Of a DNA stretch of 64,000 bases, positions 1 to 9,021 are shown piece by piece. Under the pieces are notes generated by a model that searched no databases, was not told where the DNA came from, and was given only the letters and a program-made list of their open reading frames with translations. The stretch is from positions 19,314-83,313 of the forward strand of contig JBHHYI010000002.1 in assembly GCA_046757525.1 (NCBI GenBank), written 5' to 3'. Origin of the DNA: a bacterium. GTDB taxonomy: Bacteria; Zhuqueibacterota; Zhuqueibacteria; Oceanimicrobiales; Oceanimicrobiaceae. The position numbers and the translations under genes were made by a program. Numbering within the stretch: position 1 is the stretch's first letter; every line of letters starts with the position of its first letter.

Positions 1-241
1 CAACTTTTTCCGGAAACACGAAAAGTCGTTGCGACCTTTAATGGGAGGCCGGCAGTACGAACTCGAGCTGAACGCATTCACCGCCGTACTTGACGGCCGT
101 TGACCAGACCCGAACTATACTATTATGTCTCATTTCTTGCATCGGTCAGGCCAGTCATCCGGCGGCTGCCGGCCGGCCCTTGACGGGCCCGTTAGAGGTC
201 CGGCCTTTGACGGACGCCCGACTGACAAAAGTGCAAAAAGA

Positions 242-402
242 AATGGAACGCGGATTGCACGGATTTAACTGATCCGAACGGATTAGCCCGATTTAATCTG
301 TTTGAGGCAGTCAGTCTGAACGGTATAGCTCATCAACCGTTTAATTTGTACAAGAAACAAATCCGCGTAAATCCGTTCGATCCGTAAAATCCGTGTTCCA
401 TT
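242..402. repeat. MITE-like imperfect inverted repeat: 43-bp arms built from ~9-bp CGGAT(T) units around a ~75-bp spacer
   Basis: 242-284 aatggaacgcggattgcacggatttaactgatccgaacggatt aligns with the reverse complement of 360-402 (aatggaacacggattttacggatcgaacggatttacgcggatt). Confidence 0.75.
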
Positions 403-526
403 CGTTTGCGGCTGCGCCGCGCTAGGGCTACGAAACTGTTTTTAGAAAACCCGTGCTCCTGGTGACGCAAACGACTCATTAATGAGACCAGACCTCCTTG
501 CTCCTCCCCCTCCTTCTTTTAGCCGT

Positions 527-563
527 GAAAAGGCTGTGCGTTCTTGCACGGCCTTTTCTTTTT
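527..563 (+). terminator. Intrinsic terminator-like hairpin upstream of nadC
   Basis: gaaaaggctgtgc-gttctt-gcacggccttttc followed by a T-run. Confidence 0.7.
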
Positions 564-648
564 GAGTTGATTTTGTGCTAAATTTTCAGTAATGTTTAAG
601 CACAATGATCACTGAACCTGAGTTAGAAACAAACCTTAGCTTGCGAGC

Positions 649-1509
649 ATGAACCCTGTGGACCTGAACGCTTCCGATCTCCAGGGGCTGGTCGCAACGG
701 CTTTGGCTGAAGATCTCGGCAGCCGAGGCGATGTGACTTCCGATTGGTTGCTGCCCGATGAAACAAAGGGCACCGCGGTCATCGTTGCCAAACAGGAAGG
801 CATCATTGCCGGTCTTCCGGTTGCCCAGAAGGTGTTTGAGACTGTGGATCAGGAGCTCGTTTTTACCCCATTCGTCCGGGACGGAGATCGCCTCCAGAGG
901 AACACAAAGGTCGCTCAAATTGCCGGCTCTGCAAGAGGCATTTTGACTGCGGAACGGACTGCACTGAACTTTTTGCAAAGACTGTCCGGCATTGCAACTC
1001 TAACCTCGCAATATGTGGCACAAACACAGGGCACCAAAGCCAGAACCCTGGACACCAGGAAAACAACCCCTGGGTTGCGCCACCTGGAAAAATACGCGGT
1101 ACGCATGGGCGGCGGGCTAAATCACAGAATGGGATTGCACGACATGGTCCTGATTAAGGAGAATCACATTGAGGCGGTGGGAAGCTTAGCCAGGGCCGTG
1201 ACATTGGTGCGGGAACGGTCGAGTCGCGACAACTTGCAATTGAGCGTTGAGGTGGAAACGCGCACTTTACAAGAAGTAAGCGAAGCCCTTGAATCGCAGG
1301 TGGACAGAATCATGTTGGACAACATGCCATTGAGCGAAATACAAGAGGCCGTGCGGCTGGTCGGCGGAAAGGTGGAGGTGGAGGTTTCCGGTGGCGTTAC
1401 CCTGGCAAATGTGCGCGCCATCGCGGAAACCGGCGTGGATTACATTTCCGTCGGTGCGCTCACTCATTCCGCGCCAGCTTTGGATTTGTCGCTGTTAATG
1501 GGGCGTTGA
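649..1509 (+). CDS. nadC: Nicotinate-nucleotide diphosphorylase (quinolinate phosphoribosyltransferase)
   Basis: Motifs ERTALNFLQRLSGIAT, LDTRKTTPGLR, HRMGLHD, IMLDN, GVDYISVGALTHSA. Confidence 0.97.
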   Translation: MNPVDLNASDLQGLVATALAEDLGSRGDVTSDWLLPDETKGTAVIVAKQEGIIAGLPVAQKVFETVDQELVFTPFVRDGDRLQRNTKVAQIAGSARGILTAERTALNFLQRLSGIATLTSQYVAQTQGTKARTLDTRKTTPGLRHLEKYAVRMGGGLNHRMGLHDMVLIKENHIEAVGSLARAVTLVRERSSRDNLQLSVEVETRTLQEVSEALESQVDRIMLDNMPLSEIQEAVRLVGGKVEVEVSGGVTLANVRAIAETGVDYISVGALTHSAPALDLSLLMGR

Positions 1510-1562
1510 AGTCCAGGCAGTTTTGTGAATCATCACACGGGAATCTAAACGTGAGTAGTTCG

Positions 1563-1973
1563 ATGTTAAAAAAGATCGACCACATTGGAATTGCGGTTGC
1601 TGATTTGGATCCAGCCGTCCAGAAGTACAGTAAAATAACCGGCCGTGAACCCGAGCATAAGGAGATCGTGAGCGAGCAAAAAGTGGCCACGGCTTTTTTC
1701 CCGATAGGAGAAGTACGTCTGGAACTGCTGCAAGGCACGCAGCCAGATTCGCCGATTTCCAGGTTCATCGAAAAGCGCGGTGAAGGGTTCCACCACATCT
1801 GCTTTGAAGTGGAAGATCTCGACCAGTCGGTTGCGGCCCTCTCCCGGTTGGGTTTGCAATTCATCGAGGGAGTTTCGCGCAAAGGTGCCGGGGACGCTCA
1901 GGTCGCTTTCATTCATCCTAAAAGCACGGGCGGCATTTTGATTGAATTGGTGCAATACCCCAAAGAAAAATAA
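1563..1973 (+). CDS. mce: Methylmalonyl-CoA epimerase (VOC family); start likely ATG 1563
   Basis: KIDHIGIAV, ELLQ, FIEKRGEGFHHICFEV, AFIHPKSTGGILIELVQ. Confidence 0.92.
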   Translation: MLKKIDHIGIAVADLDPAVQKYSKITGREPEHKEIVSEQKVATAFFPIGEVRLELLQGTQPDSPISRFIEKRGEGFHHICFEVEDLDQSVAALSRLGLQFIEGVSRKGAGDAQVAFIHPKSTGGILIELVQYPKEK

Positions 1974-1982
1974 ACTGAAAGA

Positions 1983-3869
1983 ATGAACACCGCACTCCCG
2001 GCAGTACAGAACCATTCGCTGCTGGAAAAGTTGAAAAGCGTTCCGCGCAAGCCTGGCTGTTATCTGTTCAAAGACCGGAAGGGAAAGATCATCTACATCG
2101 GCAAAGCCAAGGTGCTGCGCAACCGCGTGCGCTCCTACTTTCAAGACGGTCGCCTGGAAGGCCCAAAGCTGCTTCGATTAAAAGCCAGGATTTCTGACTT
2201 TGAAACTATTGTTACGGATACGGAGATGGAAGCCTTGATTCTCGAGATGAACCTGATCAAGGAGTACAAGCCACGCTACAACATCAACCTCAAGGACGAC
2301 AAGAGCTATCCTTATATTCGGGTCACCAACGAACGCTTTCCACGGATTTTCCCAACGCGCAGGATTATCAAGGACGGGTCGCGCTACTTCGGGCCTTACA
2401 CCGATGTTGGGGCCATGCGCAACCTGTTGAAATCGCTCAAGCGCATTTTTCCCGTGCGAAGCTGCAACTATGATCTGACTGAAGATGCGGTTGCCAAAAA
2501 AAAATACAAGCTCTGCCTGGATTACCACATCAAGAAATGTGACGGCCCTTGCGAAGGTCTGGTCGGCGAGGCAGAGTATAACCGCATGGTAGATCAGATC
2601 GTCAACTTCGTCAACGGCAAGAACGGTCAGGTGGTCACCGAACTCAAAGACAAAATGTGGAAGTTGGCCGAAGCCAAGAGATTCGAAGAAGCTGCCCGCG
2701 TTCGCGACCAGATTCAGTCGGTCGAGAATTTTCAATACAAGCAAAAAGTCGTCACAGACGATTTGAAAGACCGGGATTTCGTGGCAGTGGCCGTGGAGGA
2801 CGAACATGCTTGTGGCGTTGTTTTCAAGGTACGCGACGGTAAAATATTGGGGCGCCAGCATTTCTATTTGAACGGCGTCGAGGGGGAAACATTTGCGGAC
2901 GTGGTTTCGTCCTTCCTGAAGCAGTTCTACCTCAAGGCGGATTTCATCCCAGAAGAAATATTCCTGCCGGTGGCCATCGAAGACATTGAGCAGATCGAAC
3001 GTTGGTTGACGGAAAAGCGGGCGGCCAGAGTGAAACTGGTCGCACCGCAGAAAGGGCAGAAGGCAAAACTGATCGACATGGCCCTGAAGAACGCGCAACT
3101 GTTGCTGCAAGAATTGCAACTTCAGGCGCAAAAATCCAGGGACTACATTCATCACAACGTGAAGTCCTTGCAACGCGACCTGCGTCTCAAGCGACCGCCT
3201 CGCCGAATTGAATGCTTCGACATTTCCAACATCCAGGGGAGCGATCCAGTGGCTTCCATGGTTACGTTTGTCAACGGTAAACCCAGGAAAAGCGACTACC
3301 GCAAATTCAAGATTCGTGTAAAACAGAGTCCGGACGATTTCGCCATGATGGCCGAGGCCGTTAGCCGGCGTTATTCTGGGTCCCTGGCAAAAAAACTGGA
3401 AACCCCGGACCTGGTCTTGATCGACGGCGGGAAGGGGCAATTGTCCACTGTTGTCAGCGTTTTTAAACAGCTCAACCTGGCGGGACAGGCAGTGGCAGCC
3501 CTGGCCAAAAGGCTGGACGAAGTGTTTTTACCCGGAGCCCCTGAACCACAAAATATCCCGAAAACCTCGTCCGGGCTGAAATTGTTGCAGCAAATCCGAG
3601 ACGAAGCCCACCGCTTTGCCGTCACCTACCATCGCACCCTGAGGAAGAAGCGCACGGCCAGGTCGGCCCTGGATGCCATTGCCGGCATTGGGCCAACACG
3701 GCGAAATGGCTTAATCAAGTATTTTGGCTCTGTTAAGAATATTAAAGAAGCCACCGTGGATGAATTGGAAATGGTAGAAGGGATTACCAAAGAGCTCGCC
3801 AGAAGGATTTGGGATCATTTTCACAAGATACCGTCAGACGATTCCGGATCGAGGTCGGCAACGATATGA
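1983..3869 (+). CDS. uvrC: Excinuclease ABC subunit C
   Basis: N-terminal GIY-YIG domain (PGCYLFK..IIYIGKAK.LR.RVRSYF), RIECFDISN, LIDGGKGQL, RDEAHRFA, C-terminal HhH motifs. Confidence 0.98.
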   Translation: MNTALPAVQNHSLLEKLKSVPRKPGCYLFKDRKGKIIYIGKAKVLRNRVRSYFQDGRLEGPKLLRLKARISDFETIVTDTEMEALILEMNLIKEYKPRYNINLKDDKSYPYIRVTNERFPRIFPTRRIIKDGSRYFGPYTDVGAMRNLLKSLKRIFPVRSCNYDLTEDAVAKKKYKLCLDYHIKKCDGPCEGLVGEAEYNRMVDQIVNFVNGKNGQVVTELKDKMWKLAEAKRFEEAARVRDQIQSVENFQYKQKVVTDDLKDRDFVAVAVEDEHACGVVFKVRDGKILGRQHFYLNGVEGETFADVVSSFLKQFYLKADFIPEEIFLPVAIEDIEQIERWLTEKRAARVKLVAPQKGQKAKLIDMALKNAQLLLQELQLQAQKSRDYIHHNVKSLQRDLRLKRPPRRIECFDISNIQGSDPVASMVTFVNGKPRKSDYRKFKIRVKQSPDDFAMMAEAVSRRYSGSLAKKLETPDLVLIDGGKGQLSTVVSVFKQLNLAGQAVAALAKRLDEVFLPGAPEPQNIPKTSSGLKLLQQIRDEAHRFAVTYHRTLRKKRTARSALDAIAGIGPTRRNGLIKYFGSVKNIKEATVDELEMVEGITKELARRIWDHFHKIPSDDSGSRSATI

Positions 3870-3992
3870 AGACTTCCGGTAGTCGATACATATTACTTTT
3901 GCAACCTATCTTGTTTCAGAAAGCCAAATTCTTCATTGGCAATGTAATAAGAAATCCGCTTATGGACAAGACTTGTTTAGAAAGCTAAAATA

Positions 3993-4021
3993 TTGCATTG
4001 CATGCTCAATTTTCTTACTTT
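3993..4021 (+). promoter_or_regulatory. Candidate sigma-70 promoter of the TA pair
   Basis: TTGCAT-N17-TACTTT upstream of 4075. Confidence 0.45.
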
Positions 4022-4074
4022 TGGGAGCGAAACTTATTGTCATAAGAAGCTCACCACTAAAAAGGTGTTAAAAT

Positions 4075-4290
4075 ATGATTGATCTAAAAACAGTTGACCA
4101 GCTTAAACAAGCGTCCATCGAAGAACGGCTCAAGATTATCGAACTCATTCTTCAATCCCTCAAAGAAGATATTAAACAAAAACCTAAAATTGCGGCAACA
4201 CGATTCAAATCTTTCAAGGTTCGCAAATTTAGTTTGGGTCAAGAGGTTCATGTGGATCGTGAGGATTTATATTCGGAAAGAGGATTATAG
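4075..4290 (+). CDS. Putative antitoxin, partner of the PIN toxin
   Basis: 71 aa, 3 nt upstream of a PIN gene; SIEERLKIIELILQSL resembles addiction-module components; C-terminal DREDLY is typical of VapB-like partners. Confidence 0.7.
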   Translation: MIDLKTVDQLKQASIEERLKIIELILQSLKEDIKQKPKIAATRFKSFKVRKFSLGQEVHVDREDLYSERGL

Positions 4291-4293
4291 AGC

Positions 4294-4755
4294 ATGTTTG
4301 CGATTGACACCAATCTTCTGGTCTACGCTCACAATGAGGATTCTGAATTCAACGAAGCAGCAACTTCATTCTTGGAGAGAGTTGTAAATGAGCGAGACGA
4401 AGAAGGAAATCTCTCCGTCTGTATTCCCTCACAAGTATTGACAGAGTTTGTCAATGTGATTACACGACAGCGTTTGGAGAAGCCACTATCACTTTCGCAG
4501 GCAATCGAGGCAGTAAATGACTATCTCAAGGTAGGTATCAAGATAATTCATCAACGTGAAAACCAAATTCAGACTTTTTTGGAATTGCTCGGTTCTCTAA
4601 GCTCTCGCAAGAAAGTCTTTGATGTGGCTCTTGCTGCAACACTAAAGGACAATGGCATATCAGGACTTTACACAGTCAATGCCAATGATTTTTATGAATT
4701 TGATTTTTTGGAAGTTCTGAATCCATTGGAATCTGAAACACAGGAGTCTAAGTAG
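4294..4755 (+). CDS. PIN-domain (VapC-like) ribonuclease toxin
   Basis: IDTNLLVYA, QVLTEFVNVIT, FDVALAAT, TVNANDF (PIN acidic residues). Confidence 0.9.
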   Translation: MFAIDTNLLVYAHNEDSEFNEAATSFLERVVNERDEEGNLSVCIPSQVLTEFVNVITRQRLEKPLSLSQAIEAVNDYLKVGIKIIHQRENQIQTFLELLGSLSSRKKVFDVALAATLKDNGISGLYTVNANDFYEFDFLEVLNPLESETQESK

Positions 4756-4927
4756 CTGTCATTAAAAGAGAGGATCTAACAACAACTGGTGTGGATTTGC
4801 AGGCTCTGGATTCCTGGGTTGTATTTGTGCACTCTCAAAGTTATTTTGTAGCAGCCACAGGGTCTCCTTTTCTTCGCCCCATTTAAACACATCCGTTATT
4901 GAAAAAATTTGAGCGTATGTTAAATAG

Positions 4928-6334
4928 ATGAAGAAAATTGCACCCATCGTTTTTTTGCTCCTTTTGTTGACACCGATGAGCCTACCTGGCCGTGGCGGCA
5001 AAAAATACGATCCGACAACTCTGGTCTTTCCGTCATTCCTGCACACCATGGGCGTCCGCAAAGCCACCAAATTGCACTTCATGATTTACACCAAAAACAA
5101 AGTCAAGGTGCGCGATCCGCAAGGCATTGCCGTGGTGCGGCTGAGAAGCTGGGATGATCCCAACAACAAAAAGGACGACGACGAAGTAACCGGCTATGGG
5201 GTTAATTCTGGTGAGAACGTTGTCGTCTACAACACGTCCATGACCGGCATCAGTATTTACGGTTTGAAACAGAAAGGAGAAAAAGCGCTCAATCACCCCA
5301 TGGGAATTGCCGCCAACGCGGAAGGAGATGTTTACGTAGCCGACACAGGCAACCACCGAATTGTGCGCTTGAAGAACCCAAAAAGGAAGCTGCAGTTTGT
5401 GCGCGGAATTGGTGGCGAAGGGGCTTTGCCAGGGCAGTTCAAATCCCCGACCGGGGTTGCCCTGGATTCCAATGGCATGGTTTATGTCTGCGATACCGGC
5501 AACCACCGCATTCAAATACTGCGACCCGACGCCAGGTTACACCTGTGGTTTGGCGAGCAAGGGGTTGAAGACGGGCAACTCTGGCATCCTTCCGGCATTG
5601 CTGTCACAGACCACGGCCAGCCCTGGTCGTTCTACAAAGATGCCTTCATCGCCTTAATCGATCTGGACCATACCAGGCTACAAAAATTTACTCTGGACGG
5701 CAAGTTTGTCAAAGCCATCCGGCTAAAAGACTTCGGCTACCAAAGCGGCCAGTTGGCGTATCTGGCCTTAGACTATTACAGCAACATCTGGGTCACGGAT
5801 TTTGAAAACCATTGCATTCACAAGTTCGACGGGAATTTGAACTATCTGACCTCTTTTGGTCGCTTTGGTAAAGACGACAAGGAATTCAACGAACCGCGGG
5901 GCATCGCTATTTACAGAAGATTTGGCCAGGTGTTTGTAGCAGAAAAAGAATCGGCGCAATATTATTGGATCGGTACCGACGTGTTCAATTTCCGCGGTCA
6001 CTGGGACGCTGAAAAAAAACTCGTGGTGCTCGACTTTTTCCTCACCGAGCCTTCTTACATCACTTTGAGCGTTAAACGGGACCAGGGTCCAACTGTCAAA
6101 GTCTTTGAAAAAGCAAAATACTTCTCCGGCCATCGACGAATTTATTTAGACGAGCACTGGAAACGGATTCCAGAGCACAGAGTCGAGAATTCAAAGGCTT
6201 ACGGAAATGGCGTTTCAGACAAGCTGCAATCCATACCAGAGGGCACCTACAAACTCAAGCTGAAAGTCGAGGCCACTTATTCTTCCTACAAATACTTTTC
6301 GAAAGAAGTAAAAACCGAGCTCCGGATCGATTAG
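4928..6334 (+). CDS. Secreted NHL-repeat beta-propeller protein
   Basis: Signal peptide; repeated P.GIA...G.VYV.DTGNHRI units. Confidence 0.88.
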   Translation: MKKIAPIVFLLLLLTPMSLPGRGGKKYDPTTLVFPSFLHTMGVRKATKLHFMIYTKNKVKVRDPQGIAVVRLRSWDDPNNKKDDDEVTGYGVNSGENVVVYNTSMTGISIYGLKQKGEKALNHPMGIAANAEGDVYVADTGNHRIVRLKNPKRKLQFVRGIGGEGALPGQFKSPTGVALDSNGMVYVCDTGNHRIQILRPDARLHLWFGEQGVEDGQLWHPSGIAVTDHGQPWSFYKDAFIALIDLDHTRLQKFTLDGKFVKAIRLKDFGYQSGQLAYLALDYYSNIWVTDFENHCIHKFDGNLNYLTSFGRFGKDDKEFNEPRGIAIYRRFGQVFVAEKESAQYYWIGTDVFNFRGHWDAEKKLVVLDFFLTEPSYITLSVKRDQGPTVKVFEKAKYFSGHRRIYLDEHWKRIPEHRVENSKAYGNGVSDKLQSIPEGTYKLKLKVEATYSSYKYFSKEVKTELRID

Positions 6335-6436
6335 TTTGTCCGTCTTAACCCGGCAAGCCGGGAATTCGTGTGGCACGCCGATAACTTAAATTACAAGAGA
6401 CGCTGCGCAATCGAGACGATTGCGTTACGTCCGACA

Positions 6437-6600
6437 GAGCGTTTCCTGAAAGCGCTGTGCGAGTCATCCCGAGTAGGTCACTGTTGTTCAAGTGACCGTA
6501 TCGAGGGCATCGTCCTGAGCCCGACGAAGGGGTAACGGGCGTCGCCCTTCGATACGTTTCGACCAAAAACCGATCGGGACTACTCAGGACGACTCCCTTT
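6437..6600 (+). repeat. REP doublet (REPIN-like), copy A, with a nested 24-bp insert
   Basis: gtcatcccgagtaggtcac..gtgaccgtatcgaggg ... cccttcgatacg..tcgggactactcagg; near-identical to 47253-47392, and the left half matches 10581-10640 on the minus strand. Confidence 0.85.
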
Positions 6601-6722
6601 AGGATCAAAGAGAATCAACTGTCGTTCCGCTCCAAAGAAGCGTATCCTAAAAGCCGAAAGCGAAGAAGGGAACAAAATTGCATTTGTCTGGTAAAAATTA
6701 GCCTGAAACACCAACTTGACCA

Positions 6723-7139
6723 ATGAGACACCCAAACAAGACAATTTCAGTTAGCTTGATTGCACTGGTTCTGCTTCTGAATTTCCCCGCGGGCCTGGTC
6801 AATCTTTGTCAGTCCACGACTCAGGGGATGACTAAAACGACGTGTTGCCAAGGGCGAATGGTGGTGGCGCACGTGCAAGGTAAAAGCAATATCACAAGGA
6901 CTTCTTGTTGCTGCAATTTCTCGACAGATGGGAAGCGGCGTTCCCCTTTGGTACACATCGCCGTAACCGACAACGGGAAAAATAGGAACAATGAGAAGGC
7001 GTTCAAGAAAATTTCTCTGCAACCCGGGCTCACCCACAGGCAAGCGCCTGTCTCCCTTTCAAAAACAAACCTGTTGTTTCAACTCAAGGTCAACTTAGAC
7101 CTAAAAATCTTCACTCTCACCTCCTCCCTTTTGATCTGA
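6723..7139 (+). CDS. Exported Cys-cluster small protein upstream of the metal efflux operon
   Basis: Hydrophobic N-terminus, C/CC/CCC clusters, C-terminal SSLLI; position upstream of cusCBA. Confidence 0.6.
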   Translation: MRHPNKTISVSLIALVLLLNFPAGLVNLCQSTTQGMTKTTCCQGRMVVAHVQGKSNITRTSCCCNFSTDGKRRSPLVHIAVTDNGKNRNNEKAFKKISLQPGLTHRQAPVSLSKTNLLFQLKVNLDLKIFTLTSSLLI

Positions 7140-7441
7140 TTTCTTCGCTCTTGGCTGTTTAGGCCCGTTTTCAACTCGGGCTGAGCAAGCGAACGCAAAG
7201 CACCCCGAATCAAAGGGTCTGCCATAAGCTTGGCCTCAGCTCGAATCAAGATTGTGCAACGGCGTCCACGATCAACAAACAGTTCTATGTACTTTTGGGC
7301 CAGGCTTCCCGGAAATCTCCTGACTCCGAGGAGGTTTCAGAGCGACTCAGGCCAGGGCTATCTGGTGGGTTGAAAAACCTGCATCCGATCCCGCGGAATG
7401 AATAGGAAGACGAGGCCCCGTCGGCGCAAAAGCCAATGGGA

Positions 7442-7463
7442 AAAATGTAGAATATTGTCCACA
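7442..7463. promoter_or_regulatory. Candidate enhancer (activator-binding site) for the cus promoter
   Basis: aaaatgtagaatatt (7442-7456) is the exact reverse complement of 19209-19223; imperfect dyad atgtaga..tccacat. Confidence 0.55.
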
Positions 7464-7591
7464 TGTTTAGAGTCGGTGTGGAATAGTAGTCAAACGCTCG
7501 AATCCTCGCGTGGAGAAAAATATTGGTTAGAACAGGCTAATTCACTTATTAAGCTGACAGTTGCAGCAACAAAAAATCGTTTGAAAAAAAA

Positions 7592-7610
7592 TGGTATAGT
7601 TTTTGGCATA
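7592..7610 (+). promoter_or_regulatory. Candidate sigma-54 (-24/-12) promoter of cusC
   Basis: TGGTATAGTTTTTGG (TTGG in place of TTGC), ~85 bp upstream of cusC; 17/19 identical to 55882-55900 on the minus strand. Confidence 0.5.
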
Positions 7611-7691
7611 TTGCGCAAACAATAATCCGCAACGAAGTCTGTTTGAACGATGAGCATAAAAGAGAGTTATTGATCATTTGGAGGTAAGTGT

Positions 7692-8966
7692 ATGAATAGA
7701 CCTATTTTAATATGGGTGACGATATTTTTAGTATTTACTGTGGCACACGACTGTGTCTTCGCTCAAAACAATGGCAAAGGTCTTTCTCTACAAAAACTGA
7801 TCGAGGAAGCGTTGGAGAGAAACCCTGAGATTAAGTCAGCGCAACGTCTTTGGCAAGCCACCGAACAGAAGCCCGCACAGGTTTCTACGCTGCCGGACCC
7901 GGTATTTAGCTATTCCCGCTTTGGCAAAAGTGTGGAAACCCGCGTGGGGCCGCAGGAGAATGTGTTTGCGCTGTCGCAGAAAATTCCTTTTCCGGGCAAA
8001 TTAGGCTTGAAAGGAAAAATGGCCGGGCAAGACGCCTTGTCGCAACAGCAAGCGTATGAAGCCACCAAAAGGGATGTCATTTTCAAAGTTAAGAACGCTT
8101 ACTACGATTTGTATTGGGTTGACCAGTCCATAGGCATTTTGGAACAATATCTGAATTTGTTGCAAGATTTCACCCGTGTGGCGGAACGAAAGTACGCCAC
8201 CGGGCAGGGCATTCAGGCAAGCGTTCTTAAATCGCAGGTCGAGATTTCAAGTACACTGGAAAGAAAGCTCCGTTTTGAGAAAGTGCGGCACGGGATTGTG
8301 GCGCACCTGAACGCGCTTGTGGACAGACCGCAGAATGCTGAATTGGGAAGGGCGACTCAAATCGACTCAGCCCGCCTGCATTTAGACCAGGACGCTTTGG
8401 TCCAACAAGCCTTGTCAGACCGGCAGGAGCTCATGTCGATTCAAGCCATGATCGGGAAGAGCCAATTCATGCGAAGTCTGGCAAAACGAAACTACCTGCC
8501 TGATTTCACTCTAAAGGCTAATTACATCGATGTTGCAAAAGGAGTAAGCGTCGCTGCCGATGCGGGTAAGAATGCCTGGTCTGTGATGCTCGGCCTGAAT
8601 TTGCCCATCTGGCTGGGCAAGCGCAACGCTGCAGTTCGGGAAGCGGATGACATGCTTGCCTCAAACAAACTGAAGTACGAAGATTTTCTTAACCAGGTGG
8701 AAGCTGAAATCAGGGATTTTTACTACCAGCTCGACGTCACCGGTGAGACCCTGGATTTGTATGAGCAAGGACTCATCGCTCAGGCCGAGAGCAGCCTGGC
8801 GTCCTCTCTGGCCAGCTACCGGACCGGTAAGCTGGATTTCTTGAGCCTTTTGGACGCTGAGCGCATGCTGTTGCACTTGAGGTTGGGATATGTCAAAGAG
8901 CTGTCGAATTACCAGAAGGAGTTAGCGGCGTTGGAGCGCACAGTTGGAGGCCAGTTGCCCCAATAG
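7692..8966 (+). CDS. TolC-family outer membrane factor (CusC-like)
   Basis: Signal peptide, ALERNPEI, SQKIPFPGKL, YRTGKLDFLSLLDAER; precedes MFP and RND genes. Confidence 0.92.
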   Translation: MNRPILIWVTIFLVFTVAHDCVFAQNNGKGLSLQKLIEEALERNPEIKSAQRLWQATEQKPAQVSTLPDPVFSYSRFGKSVETRVGPQENVFALSQKIPFPGKLGLKGKMAGQDALSQQQAYEATKRDVIFKVKNAYYDLYWVDQSIGILEQYLNLLQDFTRVAERKYATGQGIQASVLKSQVEISSTLERKLRFEKVRHGIVAHLNALVDRPQNAELGRATQIDSARLHLDQDALVQQALSDRQELMSIQAMIGKSQFMRSLAKRNYLPDFTLKANYIDVAKGVSVAADAGKNAWSVMLGLNLPIWLGKRNAAVREADDMLASNKLKYEDFLNQVEAEIRDFYYQLDVTGETLDLYEQGLIAQAESSLASSLASYRTGKLDFLSLLDAERMLLHLRLGYVKELSNYQKELAALERTVGGQLPQ

Positions 8967-9021
8967 CCACACGGAAGAGCCTCTTTAACCAAAGAAACGC
9001 TTTTAGCAAGGAGAGTAAAAC

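Noticed and set aside
1..235. Group II intron 3' end or integron attC site (ttgacgg repeats, gttaga)
   Set aside because: No convincing domain V hairpin or paired attC boxes; context is cut by the window edge
242..402. CRISPR array
   Set aside because: Units are ~9 bp and arranged as inverted arms with no unique spacers; no cas genes in the window
6345..6608. ORFs 6345-6608, 10491-10709 and 47233-47451 sharing a YGHLxxSDLLGMT peptide
   Set aside because: The similarity comes from translating the same REP doublet; it is not a protein family
7185..7240. c-di-GMP-I riboswitch suggested by acgcaaagc..gggtct
   Set aside because: No GGCAAAC or GAAA-tetraloop P2 stem upstream; the pairing is better explained by the leader hairpin
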